This document shows, piece by piece, positions 45,857-56,509 of a stretch of DNA of 64,000 nucleotides. The stretch is from positions 75,169-139,168 of the forward strand of contig JAJCXN010000048.1 in the NCBI GenBank assembly GCA_029263415.1, in the 5' to 3' direction. The notes beneath the pieces were generated by a model. That model made no database searches, was not told where the DNA came from, and saw only the letters and a list, made by a program, of their open reading frames with translations. A program made the position numbers and the translations under genes. This stretch comes from Acidobacteriota bacterium (lineage in GTDB: Bacteria; Acidobacteriota; Thermoanaerobaculia; Multivoradales; Multivoraceae). Numbering within the stretch: the first letter of the stretch is position 1; each line of letters starts with the position of its first letter.

Positions 45857-47215
45857 GTGGGTTGCACGAACCATCCTTTCTGGTTGCTTCCTTGTTGCTT
45901 CGCGAGCGTAGCTCCCAGCGCGCTCACTCTAGTAGCCCCACTGCCAACGATTACCGAGTCGTTGCGAATTGTCGGGCCCGGACTCGGCTTTAGCATCCTC
46001 GGTCGGGATGACGTCCGTATCTTCACAATCGAGATTCCAACCCTGGGTATCGACGATGATGTGGAAATCGAGAACCTCATCATGGGCTTAGGAAACGCGA
46101 GCAGCATGGGCGGCGCCATCTCTGCTCACAACGCAGATCTGGCGTTGCGTGATCTCGAGATTTCCTTTTGCACCGTGGATTCTGGACCGGGAGGCGCGGT
46201 CCACCTCGAAGACGGCAATCTACAGATCTATGACAGTACGTTCTTCTTAAACGCAGCCTCGGGACCGGGTATCTCCGAAGGCTTGGGCGGTGCGGTCTTC
46301 GTCAGGGACGGCGGGATAGTGCGCATCCATGGCTCGCTATTCTCCACCAACGAATCGCAGCGAGAAGGTGGTGCCATTTATGTGACTTCCGCCGACCTGA
46401 TCGAGATCGACAGGACGACCTTCACCAATAATGAGTCGCAAAGTAATCGAGGAGGCGCCGTCGCCGCCAGTGCGACGATGATGGAGGTTCGGCGTAGCCA
46501 CTTCGCGATCAACAAGGCTCAGGGGAGCCAAGCGGCCGGAGGCGGGCTCGGGGTCACCAGCACCCCGGATCTCCTTCTCGAGGACTCCACATTCGAGGGG
46601 AATCGAGCAATCTTCGACGGAGGTTTGTCCATCAATGACACGGCTGCCGTTGGCCGCAACCTAACCTTCGATGGCAACCTGCTGCTGAGTGTCAATGGGG
46701 TCGGGCAAGCCATCTCGGTGCTTTTCAGCTCGCTCGAGTTCGAGCGCGCAACGATCACGACTCATCTGGCGGACCAGCCTGTCATCAACATCACCAGCGG
46801 CGGATCTTCGGTGAACTTCGCCAACAGCATCCTCTACAATCCTTCGGCGAGCGAAGAGTGCCTGGGCTCCGGTTTCAGTACGACCGGATTCAACATCTTC
46901 GAGGATACAACCTGCGGGAATGCGCCCGACGACATGATCGGCACCGACCCTTTGCTCGAGGCTCTGAACGACAACGGCGGGCCCGTGCCGACACGTTTCC
47001 CCACCTCTAACAGTCCCGCGATCGACACCGGCAGCGATCATGATGGCGGGGGTTCAGGACCTTTGTGCCTGCCGACCGACGCACGTGGAATTTCCCGACC
47101 TCGAGATGGAGACGGCAACGGTTCTGCGATCTGCGACCGAGGTGCTGCCGAGGCCTATCCGAGCGAAATCTTCGCCGATGATTTCGAGAGCGGCTCGATC
47201 AGCAACTGGATCTGA
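45857..47215 (+). CDS. Parallel beta-helix (CSLREA/choice-of-anchor Q-like) protein, probably 5'-truncated, ending IFADDFESGSISNW
   Basis: GGAI/GGAV repeats, DPLLEALNDNGGP, SPAIDTG, TDARG..RP.DGDG, CDRGAAE. Recognisable homology starts at LTLVAPLPTITESL (~45923); start only 26 bp from the divergent PadR ATG. Confidence 0.75.
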   Translation: MGCTNHPFWLLPCCFASVAPSALTLVAPLPTITESLRIVGPGLGFSILGRDDVRIFTIEIPTLGIDDDVEIENLIMGLGNASSMGGAISAHNADLALRDLEISFCTVDSGPGGAVHLEDGNLQIYDSTFFLNAASGPGISEGLGGAVFVRDGGIVRIHGSLFSTNESQREGGAIYVTSADLIEIDRTTFTNNESQSNRGGAVAASATMMEVRRSHFAINKAQGSQAAGGGLGVTSTPDLLLEDSTFEGNRAIFDGGLSINDTAAVGRNLTFDGNLLLSVNGVGQAISVLFSSLEFERATITTHLADQPVINITSGGSSVNFANSILYNPSASEECLGSGFSTTGFNIFEDTTCGNAPDDMIGTDPLLEALNDNGGPVPTRFPTSNSPAIDTGSDHDGGGSGPLCLPTDARGISRPRDGDGNGSAICDRGAAEAYPSEIFADDFESGSISNWI

Positions 47216-47406
47216 GGCGCATCGCTTGCCGAGCCGCAAGGTCTAAGCTCGCGGCGCCGAACCCAGCGCGCCGAGACACGGCGCCGCTGCAGAAGCGGGC
47301 CACGCCGAAAGACAGGTAATCTCAAAGCCGGGCTCTTCCGGTTCGGCCGAAAGCGCCCGTGTGTAGCCGAAGCAAACACCAGAATGTCGCGGGGCCGGGT
47401 GAGCTG

Positions 47407-48126
47407 ATGAGCGAACAAGTACAAGCCTCCACCGGGAGACTTCAGCGGGCAGCACGCCGGATCATCTTCAGCTTGCTCGTCGTCTCATCAAGTGGCGCTG
47501 CCCTGGTGTGGTGGTCTTACCCCGATGTCCGTTCCTTAGCCACAGCACAGCCAACATCGACGGCTTTCATCGAGTTCGCGGTGGCGAGAGGCGGAAATGT
47601 TCGCTGGACATGGGTACCGGATGCGCGCATCGCTCCTTCGTTGCGCAAGGCGGTGGTCACCGCCGAAGACCTATCCTTCTTCTCGCACAACGGATTCGAC
47701 CGGCACGAGGTGCAAGCCGCGATCGAAGAAGCCTTGGCTGGTGGACGAGTGCGCGGGGCATCGACGATCACCCAGCAACTCGCCAAGAACCTGTGGCTGA
47801 GTCCGTCGCGCAACCCGATTCGTAAGCTGCGCGAGCTGCTGCTAACGCGATCGTTGGAGAAACACCTGAGCAAGCGCCGGATTCTCGAGCTCTATCTGAA
47901 CGTTGCGGAGTTCGGCCCCGCAACGTTCGGAGCTGAGGCTGCTTCGCAGCGGTACTTCGGCAAATCGGCGAGTGACCTCACACAAGAAGAAGCTGCGCAA
48001 CTTGCTGCGAGTCTTCCCGCGTCGTCCTGGCATCCTGGAGTTACCAGTCAGCGCTACCAGGCGCATCTCGGCCGCCTGCGAACGCGGATGCAGCAGCTCG
48101 ATTGGCTCGACCAGTTGGTTCGGTAG
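47407..48126 (+). CDS. mtgA: Monofunctional biosynthetic peptidoglycan transglycosylase
   Basis: GT51 motifs AED..FFSHNGFD, RGASTITQQLAKNL, RKLRE, KRRILELYLN. Confidence 0.9.
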   Translation: MSEQVQASTGRLQRAARRIIFSLLVVSSSGAALVWWSYPDVRSLATAQPTSTAFIEFAVARGGNVRWTWVPDARIAPSLRKAVVTAEDLSFFSHNGFDRHEVQAAIEEALAGGRVRGASTITQQLAKNLWLSPSRNPIRKLRELLLTRSLEKHLSKRRILELYLNVAEFGPATFGAEAASQRYFGKSASDLTQEEAAQLAASLPASSWHPGVTSQRYQAHLGRLRTRMQQLDWLDQLVR

Positions 48127-48426
48127 ACACGTCTGCTTCGCCCCCGCTTTGGCGCTGCAACACAACCCCCAAGACAACGATGCCCGGCACTTCGGAAAGA
48201 CCCTAGTACCGAGACTCACACGCAGTCTCCAGAGAAAAGCGGGTCGCACGCTTCTGCAAGACCAAGCCGCAACTCTCGGTCGAGGCCCCGCAAACCGGTA
48301 CTCCGACCTCGCGGGCGGGCTCTCTTGGGGAACCCGCATTTCTTCGGAAACTTGCCCCGCGCCCGGGAACATCCGCGCTCTGCTCCGTATTCAGATGAGT
48401 CAGAACCTAGAAACCTCGCGAAAACC

Positions 48427-49020
48427 ATGTCGATCACCTCACACCCCTCTATCTCTCGGCTCCTCAGCGCATGGGGTGCTAGTCACCCCTCTGCTCTCAA
48501 CCAACTGCTCGGTCGAGTCCAGAGCCATCTACGCAAACAGGCAAGGGTCCTTCTCGCACGCGAACGCCAGGGCCATACCCTGCAGCCCACCGCGCTCGTC
48601 AATGAAGCGTTCCTACGCCTGTTTCGACAGCGCAATGTTAGGTGGAACGACCGTGAACATTTCTTCGCCGTTGTCGCCATGACCATGCGGCGTGTATTGG
48701 TCGATGCGGCCCGTCGACGGACGGCAGTCCGAAGGGGAGCAAGACCGCTCAAGATCTCGCTCAGCGACGTCGAGCCCGCACACGAGACCGATCTCGAAGT
48801 CCTAGACCTGAATCGCGCGCTCGAAGATCTCGCTGAACTGCACGAGCGTCAGGCTCAAATTGTGACCCTCCGCTACTTCGGGGGCTTGGCAGCTCCGGCT
48901 GTGGCTGAAGCTCTCGACATCTCGGTTTCGACGGTGGAATCGGACTGGCGGATGGCTCGTGCGTGGCTACGGCATCGTTTGACCAACCAGTCCGCCGAGA
49001 AACTGGAACCAAGGCCTTGA
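48427..49020 (+). CDS. ECF sigma factor, kinase-associated (TIGR02999-like)
   Basis: HTLQPTALVNEAFLRL, HFFAVVAMTMRRVLVD, TVESDWRMARAWL. Overlaps the kinase TTG start. Confidence 0.9.
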   Translation: MSITSHPSISRLLSAWGASHPSALNQLLGRVQSHLRKQARVLLARERQGHTLQPTALVNEAFLRLFRQRNVRWNDREHFFAVVAMTMRRVLVDAARRRTAVRRGARPLKISLSDVEPAHETDLEVLDLNRALEDLAELHERQAQIVTLRYFGGLAAPAVAEALDISVSTVESDWRMARAWLRHRLTNQSAEKLEPRP

Positions 49021-51887
49021 GCTCCGAGCGGCATCGCCGATTAACTGAACTCTTTGCTGCTGTCGCTGATGCGCCGTCCGCTGAACGGCACCATATCCTT
49101 CAGTCAATTGAACATGACAAGAGTCTGATTGCCGATTGTCTAGAGCTGCTCGCGGCGGACGATGCGTCACCGGGAGACTTCTTGGCCCCTGGCAGCTTGA
49201 GGTTCGAGGAGTCCACCAGCGACGTGTCTGAACCGCCATTCCAAATTGGAGACCAGCTCGATAACTATCGAATCGTTGAACTGCTGGGGCGTGGTGGCAT
49301 GGGCTGCGTGTACCGCGCAGAAGACCCCTCGCTGCGCCGAGACGTCGCCATCAAAACGTTGGCCAAGGCTAGTGCCGACGAACGGCAACACAGTCGATTC
49401 CTGGAAGAGGGCCGGAGTCTCGCTGCGCTTGATCACCCGAACGTGGTCACGGTGCACGCGGTTGGCGAGGCTCCAACCACCGGCGGCTCGACGGCGCCAT
49501 ACCTAGTCATGGAGTTAGTACACGGCCAACGTCTCGACCAAGTTGCTGGTACCGATGGGCTAAGTCTCCAGAAGTTCTGCAACGTGGCCCGAGATCTTCT
49601 CAGCGGGGTGGCGGCCGCTCATCGTTGCGGGATTGTGCACCGCGATCTCAAGCCATCCAACGTCATGATCACGGAGTTGGGCCAGACCAAGGTGCTCGAT
49701 TTCGGTTTGGCACGAACAGAATCGCCTCGGCCAAGCCGCTCGTACGCCGACGAAGCCACCAAAGACGGCGCGCTGATCGGAACCATTCCGTTCATGTCAC
49801 CGGAACAAGTCTCTGGCCAGCCCGCAGATCGACGCTCGGACGTCTTTTCACTGGGCAGTGTTCTCTACTTCGCAGCAACGGGGCGATCCCCTTTTGCGGG
49901 CTCAGACGATCTTGCGACGCTGAGCAACATCCTGACTAAAGACCCACCCGCTTTGAGGACCATCCGGCCCGACCTATCGCGGAGTCTCGAATCGCTCATC
50001 GAACGAGCTCTTTCGAAGGCTCCGGAGGAGCGCTACTCGAGCGCCGACGACATGAGATCGGCACTGGATCAACTGGCATCAAGAGCCAACCGCCCTTGGA
50101 AGCGAGGCTGGGTTCAAGCAGCTGCAGCAGCAATGCTGTTTGGCGTGCTCGGCTTGACTTGGATTTTCGCTACAGCTGCCGACGACTCGCCGCTCACAGC
50201 CATCGAAGGGCGCGCCAATCTCAACATGCAGCCTCTGACCACCAGCGGCACGGTGATCTCAGCGGCCCTCTCGCCCGACGGTCAGCGATTTAGTTATGTG
50301 GAGTCTGTCGACGGGCTCCAGGGCCTCTACGTCCGCAACGTAGCCGGTGGTCCCAGCCTCGAACTAGTCCCTCCCCGTCCCATCGCATTTTGGGGTCATT
50401 CCTTCTCGAGTGACGGCACACAGGTCTTCTACGGGCTACGAGGTGATCCTGATCGACCAGGGGGAGCGTACTTCCAGATCTCAACCCTTGGCGGTTCGCC
50501 GCAACACCTCGTTGATGGCATTGACAGCACGCCTGCAGTCTCACCGGACGGCTCACAAATAGCTTGGTACCGACTTCACCCGGACGGCGAAGATGAGTTG
50601 CTGATTGCGGATCTCGCCAGCGGCGAAGAGCGGCGCGTCGCGAGCCCACAGGGGCCCTATCGCTATGGCCCTACCTTCTTTGGTGGTGTGGCATTTTCGC
50701 CCAACGGAAAGCGCATCGCAGTTGCAGAGATCCACCCCGCAGGCGAGCCCGGTCGCATTGCGCTGATCGATATTGCCACTGGAACTGAACGCTGGAGCGT
50801 CACTGACCCCCGATGGACGATGATGGGACAGGTGGCTTGGGCGCCGGATCATCAGGCACTGCTGGTGGTGGCTGGCGGCAAAGCAACCTCAAAGGACATC
50901 TGGCGAATCCCGCTGTGGAGCGGCGATCCGGTTCGGCTCACAGTTGATCTCAACAGCTACCGAACCGTCAGTCTCTCTCGCAACGGAGACCGCCTGGTCA
51001 CCGTACCTTCACGACTCGAGTCTGGTCTATGGAGCGGCGAATGGCCTCCACGCGGCGAAGCAGAACGGGTGACGCGCGAGCGCCCCGGTGCCTATGCGGG
51101 GATCGACTACAGCTCAGACGGTGCCTTGGTCTTCACCCAGGGTGGAAGCCTTCAGCTAGTCAAGAAGAACCAACAGCGTCCCACCTTCGTCATCGACGAG
51201 CCTGGCACCATCTCAACGCCTCACATCACTGAGCAAGGCTCCGCCCTCTACGCAAAATCGCGCACTGCCGGCAATGCTCCGATCATTCGCGAGGTTGACC
51301 TGCAAACCCGCATCGCTCGTGACGTTGTACAACTTCCGCAAGATGCCTACCCGCTTCGTTTGTCGTATACGCAGAACGCGGTCTATTCCTCGAACACGGC
51401 GGGCAATCGCATGTATAGGACTCCGCTAGACGGCGGTCCCACGACCCAACTCGGTGAGTCCGGCTACCTACCATTCGTTTCCCCGGATGGTGACCAGTTG
51501 GCTTACTACCAATTCGTCTCAACGGCAACAGTGGGGCCAAGCCGGATCGTGGTGCGCTCGCTGACCAACAGTGGAGGCATCGATGACGCGGTCCCACCCA
51601 TTCTGATCGAGCATCTCGCTGCCACGTTTCCCCGCTCCTTTCTTCGCTGGACTCCAAATGGTGATGCCCTGCTAGTCAACACCGCGGCGGGCGACCGGGC
51701 CAACCTCTGGCGCTTACCGCTCGACGGAAACGCAGCCGAACGGCTGACGGATTTCACCGAACAAGACCTGCTCGCGGCGGACTTCTCTCCGGACGAATCT
51801 CGTTGGACCTTCTTGAGAGGTGGCAGCCTGCGCGACGCAGTCTTGATTGAAGGAGCCCTCGGACCACCAAGCGAACCTTCCCAGTAG
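49017..51887 (+). CDS. Ser/Thr protein kinase with TM and TolB/PD40-like beta-propeller
   Basis: GRGGMG, VAIK, HRDLKPSN, DFG, MSPEQ, TM helix, many SPDG repeats. Confidence 0.93.
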   Translation: MSSERHRRLTELFAAVADAPSAERHHILQSIEHDKSLIADCLELLAADDASPGDFLAPGSLRFEESTSDVSEPPFQIGDQLDNYRIVELLGRGGMGCVYRAEDPSLRRDVAIKTLAKASADERQHSRFLEEGRSLAALDHPNVVTVHAVGEAPTTGGSTAPYLVMELVHGQRLDQVAGTDGLSLQKFCNVARDLLSGVAAAHRCGIVHRDLKPSNVMITELGQTKVLDFGLARTESPRPSRSYADEATKDGALIGTIPFMSPEQVSGQPADRRSDVFSLGSVLYFAATGRSPFAGSDDLATLSNILTKDPPALRTIRPDLSRSLESLIERALSKAPEERYSSADDMRSALDQLASRANRPWKRGWVQAAAAAMLFGVLGLTWIFATAADDSPLTAIEGRANLNMQPLTTSGTVISAALSPDGQRFSYVESVDGLQGLYVRNVAGGPSLELVPPRPIAFWGHSFSSDGTQVFYGLRGDPDRPGGAYFQISTLGGSPQHLVDGIDSTPAVSPDGSQIAWYRLHPDGEDELLIADLASGEERRVASPQGPYRYGPTFFGGVAFSPNGKRIAVAEIHPAGEPGRIALIDIATGTERWSVTDPRWTMMGQVAWAPDHQALLVVAGGKATSKDIWRIPLWSGDPVRLTVDLNSYRTVSLSRNGDRLVTVPSRLESGLWSGEWPPRGEAERVTRERPGAYAGIDYSSDGALVFTQGGSLQLVKKNQQRPTFVIDEPGTISTPHITEQGSALYAKSRTAGNAPIIREVDLQTRIARDVVQLPQDAYPLRLSYTQNAVYSSNTAGNRMYRTPLDGGPTTQLGESGYLPFVSPDGDQLAYYQFVSTATVGPSRIVVRSLTNSGGIDDAVPPILIEHLAATFPRSFLRWTPNGDALLVNTAAGDRANLWRLPLDGNAAERLTDFTEQDLLAADFSPDESRWTFLRGGSLRDAVLIEGALGPPSEPSQ

Positions 51888-51964
51888 GGCCGCTGCAGAA
51901 AAACCAAGGGGTTTAAGAGCGCCTTGCGCGTGACTGGTTAGGAACCATCACGCGGGAGTCGCTC

Positions 51965-52495
51965 ATGCCATCCAGTAGCCATCGTCACCATCGCTCCGTC
52001 GCAGCCACTCTCGTGATTCTTGCGTTGATCGCGGCAAGTCAAACGGAACCCGCCAACGCCGAGCCAGGCGTCGGCGCTAAGGTCCCTCACCGCAAACGAC
52101 CACCTCTACAAGCCAAAGGTCTAGACCCTCGCCAGCTCGTAAAAGTCCGAGCCGCCCAACGGCTCGCCGATCGGCGACTCGAAACCAGAACAGAGTGTTC
52201 AACACTGTTTGATGACCTCGACCAAACCGGTCCCGCTGCCCTGAACGCAATGGTGGTTGATCTGAACGCTGACCCCAGTGTTTGCCAACGAGGTGTTGCG
52301 GCTACCACCCAAGTGCATGGCAATTCAGTGAGTTTGTGTCGGCAGTGGTTGCCACGGCTCGATCGGCATCAGCTGGCGATGTTGCTGATCCACGAAGCCC
52401 TACACCATGCGGGACTTGGCGAGGCACCAACCGACCCTGAAGCTCCGACCTCTCGAGCCATCAATCGCATGGTGTCTAAGCGGTGTGGGCTTTAA
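51965..52495 (+). CDS. Small secreted HExxH protein (putative metallopeptidase)
   Basis: RBS GGGAG, signal peptide, LLIHEALHHAGL, four Cys. Confidence 0.75.
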   Translation: MPSSSHRHHRSVAATLVILALIAASQTEPANAEPGVGAKVPHRKRPPLQAKGLDPRQLVKVRAAQRLADRRLETRTECSTLFDDLDQTGPAALNAMVVDLNADPSVCQRGVAATTQVHGNSVSLCRQWLPRLDRHQLAMLLIHEALHHAGLGEAPTDPEAPTSRAINRMVSKRCGL

Positions 52496-52695
52496 CCCCC
52501 TCGGGTTAGGGCATCTCGGACAAACGTGGCGTGTCTCAGAAGGTGGCGTCCCAGAAATAGGTGCGGGGCAAGTCTGCAGATCAACATTCATTTCATGGTC
52601 TCGCTCTCCTCGGAGGACTGAAGAACCGAGACTCCATGTCTCCGCGATCGAGAGCCCCGCATATGCGACCACAGGGGGCCAGGCCAAAGCCCGAC

Positions 52696-53196
52696 TCAGC
52701 CAGACTTTCTGAGCACCACGTTCGCTTGTGACGCGGCCTCAACGAACTTCATCGGATCCAGATGAAAGTCAGCGTACACGACCACCCCTTCGGGATCGAT
52801 CACGGTGAACCAAGGAGTCCCGGAGGTGCGATAGTCGCCCATCAGTGTTGAATAGGTCTCACCTGCTTGCCGAACATCGTGGCCAAACGGAATTTCGAGA
52901 CCGTACTTGTCCTGGTTCAAACGAAGCTTGTCGACCGTGTTGATCTCGGCACCTTCGAACACTGTTTGCACCGCGGCAAATCCGAATCCCCGATCAGGCA
53001 GTTCTTCTACCAAGCGTTTCAGCGTTGGGAAGCCGCTGGAATGACAACCCGGACACCAGTGTTGAAAGCAGTAGAGGATCTTGAAGCCATCCCCAAGATC
53101 AGCCAACACCAATGGCTCGACCTCGTTGCCAGTTCCGTCAATCCAGTGAGTCACGCGTAGCTCCGGTGCCTCTTTGTGCAGCAAACCCATCTGCAT
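52696..53196 (-). CDS. Thioredoxin-fold redoxin (AhpC/TSA/TlpA-like, CPGC)
   Basis: FQHWCPGCH, QTVFEG, GTPW. ATG overlaps the msrA stop (TGATG). Confidence 0.88.
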   Translation of the reverse strand: MQMGLLHKEAPELRVTHWIDGTGNEVEPLVLADLGDGFKILYCFQHWCPGCHSSGFPTLKRLVEELPDRGFGFAAVQTVFEGAEINTVDKLRLNQDKYGLEIPFGHDVRQAGETYSTLMGDYRTSGTPWFTVIDPEGVVVYADFHLDPMKFVEAASQANVVLRKSG

Positions 53197-53762
53197 CAGG
53201 ATCTCCCCTTCGAACCAAAGCCCGTACCTTGTGATCCAGCTGGGCTCTGCAGAGCGCTGCTTGCATCGAGCGTAGGCAGCACCCAATCGGGCCTCGGAAA
53301 GTGACACGTATAGCCATCCGGATACCGCTGCAAGTAGTCCTGGTGTTCAGGCTCGGCTTCCCAGAAATCGCCGACCGGCTCCACCTCAGTGATCACCTCG
53401 CCTGGCCAGAGACCAGAGGCCTCCACCTCGAGAATGGTCCGCTCCGCAATCTCTCGTTGCTCATCGGTGACGGTGTATATCCCCGAACGATACGAAGACC
53501 CTCGATCATTGCCTTGTTGGTCGATCGTCGTCGGATCATGGATTTGAAAGAAGAGTTCCAGGAGATTTCGATAAGAAGTCTCTTCCGAATCGAAGAGGAT
53601 CTCGATCCCTTCGGCGTGAGACCCGTGATCGCGGTAGGTAGCGTTCGGCACGTCGCCACCGGTGTAACCGACTCGGGTCTCAATGACCCCGGGAAGCTCT
53701 CGAATCAGATCCTGCATTCCCCAGAAACATCCGCCCGCCAGAACTGCGCGTTCGGTGGTCAT
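53196..53762 (-). CDS. msrA: Peptide-methionine (S)-S-oxide reductase
   Basis: [32 protein letters not shown]. Confidence 0.96.
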   Translation of the reverse strand: MTTERAVLAGGCFWGMQDLIRELPGVIETRVGYTGGDVPNATYRDHGSHAEGIEILFDSEETSYRNLLELFFQIHDPTTIDQQGNDRGSSYRSGIYTVTDEQREIAERTILEVEASGLWPGEVITEVEPVGDFWEAEPEHQDYLQRYPDGYTCHFPRPDWVLPTLDASSALQSPAGSQGTGFGSKGRS

Positions 53763-53764
53763 GC

Positions 53765-54211
53765 TCAAACCTCCTCCACTTGGTTCAGATACTCGCCGTA
53801 GCCCTCGTCTTGCATGTCCTCGCGGGCGATGAACCGGAGAGAGGCTGAATTGATGCAGTAGCGAAGGCCGCCTTGGTTCGCTGGACCGTCGGTGAAGACG
53901 TGACCAAGATGGCTATCGCCATGCACACTGCGCACTTCAGTGCGGCTCATCCCATAGGACGTGTCTCGCAATTCGTTGACGAAGGCTTCAACAATTGGCT
54001 TGGTAAAACTCGGCCAACCGCAGCCTGAGTCGAACTTGTCGGAGGAGGCGAAGAGGGGTTCGCCAGACACGATATCGACGTAGATACCAGCCTCCCGATT
54101 CTCAAGGTATTCGCCGGACCCAGGAGCCTCTGTTCCACTCTCTTGCGTCACTCGACGCTGCTCGTGGGTCAGCCCTGCGAGCGCTTCCTTCGTTCGGGTG
54201 TATTCCTTCAT
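53765..54211 (-). CDS. msrB: Peptide-methionine (R)-S-oxide reductase
   Basis: [26 protein letters not shown]. Confidence 0.96.
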   Translation of the reverse strand: MKEYTRTKEALAGLTHEQRRVTQESGTEAPGSGEYLENREAGIYVDIVSGEPLFASSDKFDSGCGWPSFTKPIVEAFVNELRDTSYGMSRTEVRSVHGDSHLGHVFTDGPANQGGLRYCINSASLRFIAREDMQDEGYGEYLNQVEEV

Positions 54212-54823
54212 AGTTCCTCCTTAGCCGATCTCAGCATCAGCGTAGCTCATTGCAACAGTCGTCTGACTTCGCGCGGTCCTCTAGGAAACCAGCGAAAGAA
54301 CAGACCGGATAGGACGCCGCACATGAACAAGAACGCGTGGCGTCAATCGACGCTCAAACACGGTCCCAGCGGTGGGCGCCCTTTTGGGTAAGAAGCGGTG
54401 GCCTGGCAAATCCTGCCAAGGGTTCATAGACGCATGAAGCCGCCGGAGGCCTCCGGCTTCAGCCTTGGCTTGAGTCCAGCATGTCTTCATGTCTTACGCG
54501 TTTCCATGAATACGTTGCGCGTGAGAACTTAGATCTACCACAGTCCTAGTCAAAGCCGGCAGTGTGTCACCCGCGCGAAGCCACCGGGGGACGGAGGCGA
54601 CAGCTTGACCACCTAACGAGGAGTTGTGCGAGCCGGCCACTTCTACAAACCTCCAAGGCCTAAGCTGCTGAAGAACGCTCTGACCCTCTCGCTCTCGCTC
54701 TCAGCGCTGATCCTCTCGCTCTCTCGACTCCCCGCACTCGGATACACTGATCCTCGTTCGAGAGCTGTTGCCGGCCGACGGAAGCATCCTTCCTTCGCAA
54801 GCCGATTCCGAAGTAGGTACAAG

Positions 54824-55552
54824 ATGTCTGATCAAGCTGCCGTTTCAAGTTCTGTGTCCGCTGGCGAACGGAGATTGGGTGGAATAGCAGGAGTGGGTGC
54901 AGCGCTGTGCATCCTGACTTTCGTTGTGATCAACGCAAAGATCGGTGGCCTATTCTCGCCTGAAGTCCTCAGCGGAGCGCCGATTGACCCGTGGGTTGCG
55001 AGGGTGCAAGCTCGACCCCTCTTGGCAGGTCTCGGCATGCTCGCGCCGGCGGTGGGATTCTTTTTGCTGTTTGTCTTCGGGTTGAGCTTGTCTCGACAAG
55101 TTCCGCGCGATGACTGGCGCAGGACGGTCGCCTTGTCTGGCTACGCCTTGGCCACCCCAATAGCTGTCATGGGCTTCTTGTCGGCCGGCAGCCTCGTGAA
55201 ATTGATCGCGGCCCCGGCAGGCGCTACCCTCTCGGAGGCGACGCTCGCTGCAGTCGAGTTGGAAATGAACCAATTCATGCGCGGAAGCTTCGGCGTTGGT
55301 CCGTTGCTTGGCATTGTCCTGGGACATGGGGGGATCGCCTGGAGTGCCCTTCGTTCTCGTGCGCTGCCGAGTTGGCTTTGTTATTGGGCGTTGTTCAACG
55401 CCGGCTTGATGTCGATTGGGACGCTCGGTCTAGTGTGGCCAGCCCTTCTAGTCGCTCAGAGCGCAGCACCGCTCAGCATGTTGTGGATGGGCACAACCGG
55501 AATGTATCTGTTGCTGTCATCCCATTCAGCGGTCCGCACTCTCAACGGCTGA
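54824..55552 (+). CDS. Polytopic membrane protein, hypothetical
   Basis: About six hydrophobic segments. Likely ATG at 54824. Confidence 0.7.
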   Translation: MSDQAAVSSSVSAGERRLGGIAGVGAALCILTFVVINAKIGGLFSPEVLSGAPIDPWVARVQARPLLAGLGMLAPAVGFFLLFVFGLSLSRQVPRDDWRRTVALSGYALATPIAVMGFLSAGSLVKLIAAPAGATLSEATLAAVELEMNQFMRGSFGVGPLLGIVLGHGGIAWSALRSRALPSWLCYWALFNAGLMSIGTLGLVWPALLVAQSAAPLSMLWMGTTGMYLLLSSHSAVRTLNG

Positions 55553-55789
55553 ACATGGCGGCGAGGGCTTGCACACCGTAGCGCCCTTGCCATTAGCGAT
55601 CGCTCTACTCGCCTTCCTTGCCCGCCGACCACTGCACCGACACACACTCCCGACCATCCATGCGGAGCTACAGCCCGCACCTTGTCAGCACGGTTCTTCT
55701 TCGTCGCCCTGCAACCGCCCCGATGAACTTGTGGTTCCGCTCTCAGCACATACCGGACGCTCCGAGTTCTCGGAGCACCGTGCAAGGCA

Positions 55790-56509
55790 TTGTCTCTTGG
55801 CATCTGGCATCATCTATCCGTGATCCCAACCGCGCTGACTAGCACCCTCACCAACGAACACCCGACGGCTCGCCTGACCGGCTCGCCGTCGCCGTGGGCG
55901 GCCTGGAATCTTCGGTTCAATCCGTTCGGAGAGCCCTCCTCGGAGGACGTACCTGGGTTAATCGTCGAGAACGTGGATGACCTACAAGCCTGGGTCGAAA
56001 CACCAGGGCATGCGCTTCAATTGCTGGGCGACAAAGGGCGCGGCAAGACTGCCCGACTCAGAGCGCTCGAGCCACGGCTTCAGATTCCATACGTCTACCT
56101 AGGAGAGGGTGAGCCGATTCCCTACCTGCCGCGCTGCGGTGGTCTGTTGCTTGACGAAGCGCAGCGGCTACCGCGAGGCCAGCGCCGTCGACTGTTCAAC
56201 GAGATCGATCAGCTCGCCCTTTCCTCCCATGAAAATCTGGAGAGGGACTTGAGTGCTGCCGGCTGGGAGGTGCGCACCGTGCACGTGGGCGGCTTTGAGA
56301 CCTCCCAACTCGACGTGATCCTCACGCGGCGTTTGGAGTGGGCGCGCCGAGGGCCGGGTCCGCTGCCTCAGATCCGCACGCAGACCCGGGACACGCTGAC
56401 ACGGCACCACGGTGACGACCTTCGTGCCATTCTTGACGATCTCTATGAGCGCTTTCAGAAAGCAATCGCGCTCGCTGAACACAACCAGGAGCGCCATGTC
56501 AAAGTGTGA
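55790..56509 (+). CDS. Small P-loop ATPase (AAA-like), start uncertain
   Basis: NPF motif, Walker A GDKGRGKT, Walker B LLLDEA. Confidence 0.7.
   Translation: MSLGIWHHLSVIPTALTSTLTNEHPTARLTGSPSPWAAWNLRFNPFGEPSSEDVPGLIVENVDDLQAWVETPGHALQLLGDKGRGKTARLRALEPRLQIPYVYLGEGEPIPYLPRCGGLLLDEAQRLPRGQRRRLFNEIDQLALSSHENLERDLSAAGWEVRTVHVGGFETSQLDVILTRRLEWARRGPGPLPQIRTQTRDTLTRHHGDDLRAILDDLYERFQKAIALAEHNQERHVKV

Noticed and set aside
42564..45930. GCTCACTCT direct repeat at 42564 and 45922 as a target-site duplication around PadR-ADOP
   Set aside because: A 9-mer match can arise by chance, removing the block does not restore a gene, and there are no terminal inverted repeats.
54442..54457. Perfect 16-bp palindrome GCCGGAGGCCTCCGGC upstream of msrB
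   Set aside because: Single GC-rich instance with no second copy in the window; no role can be assigned.
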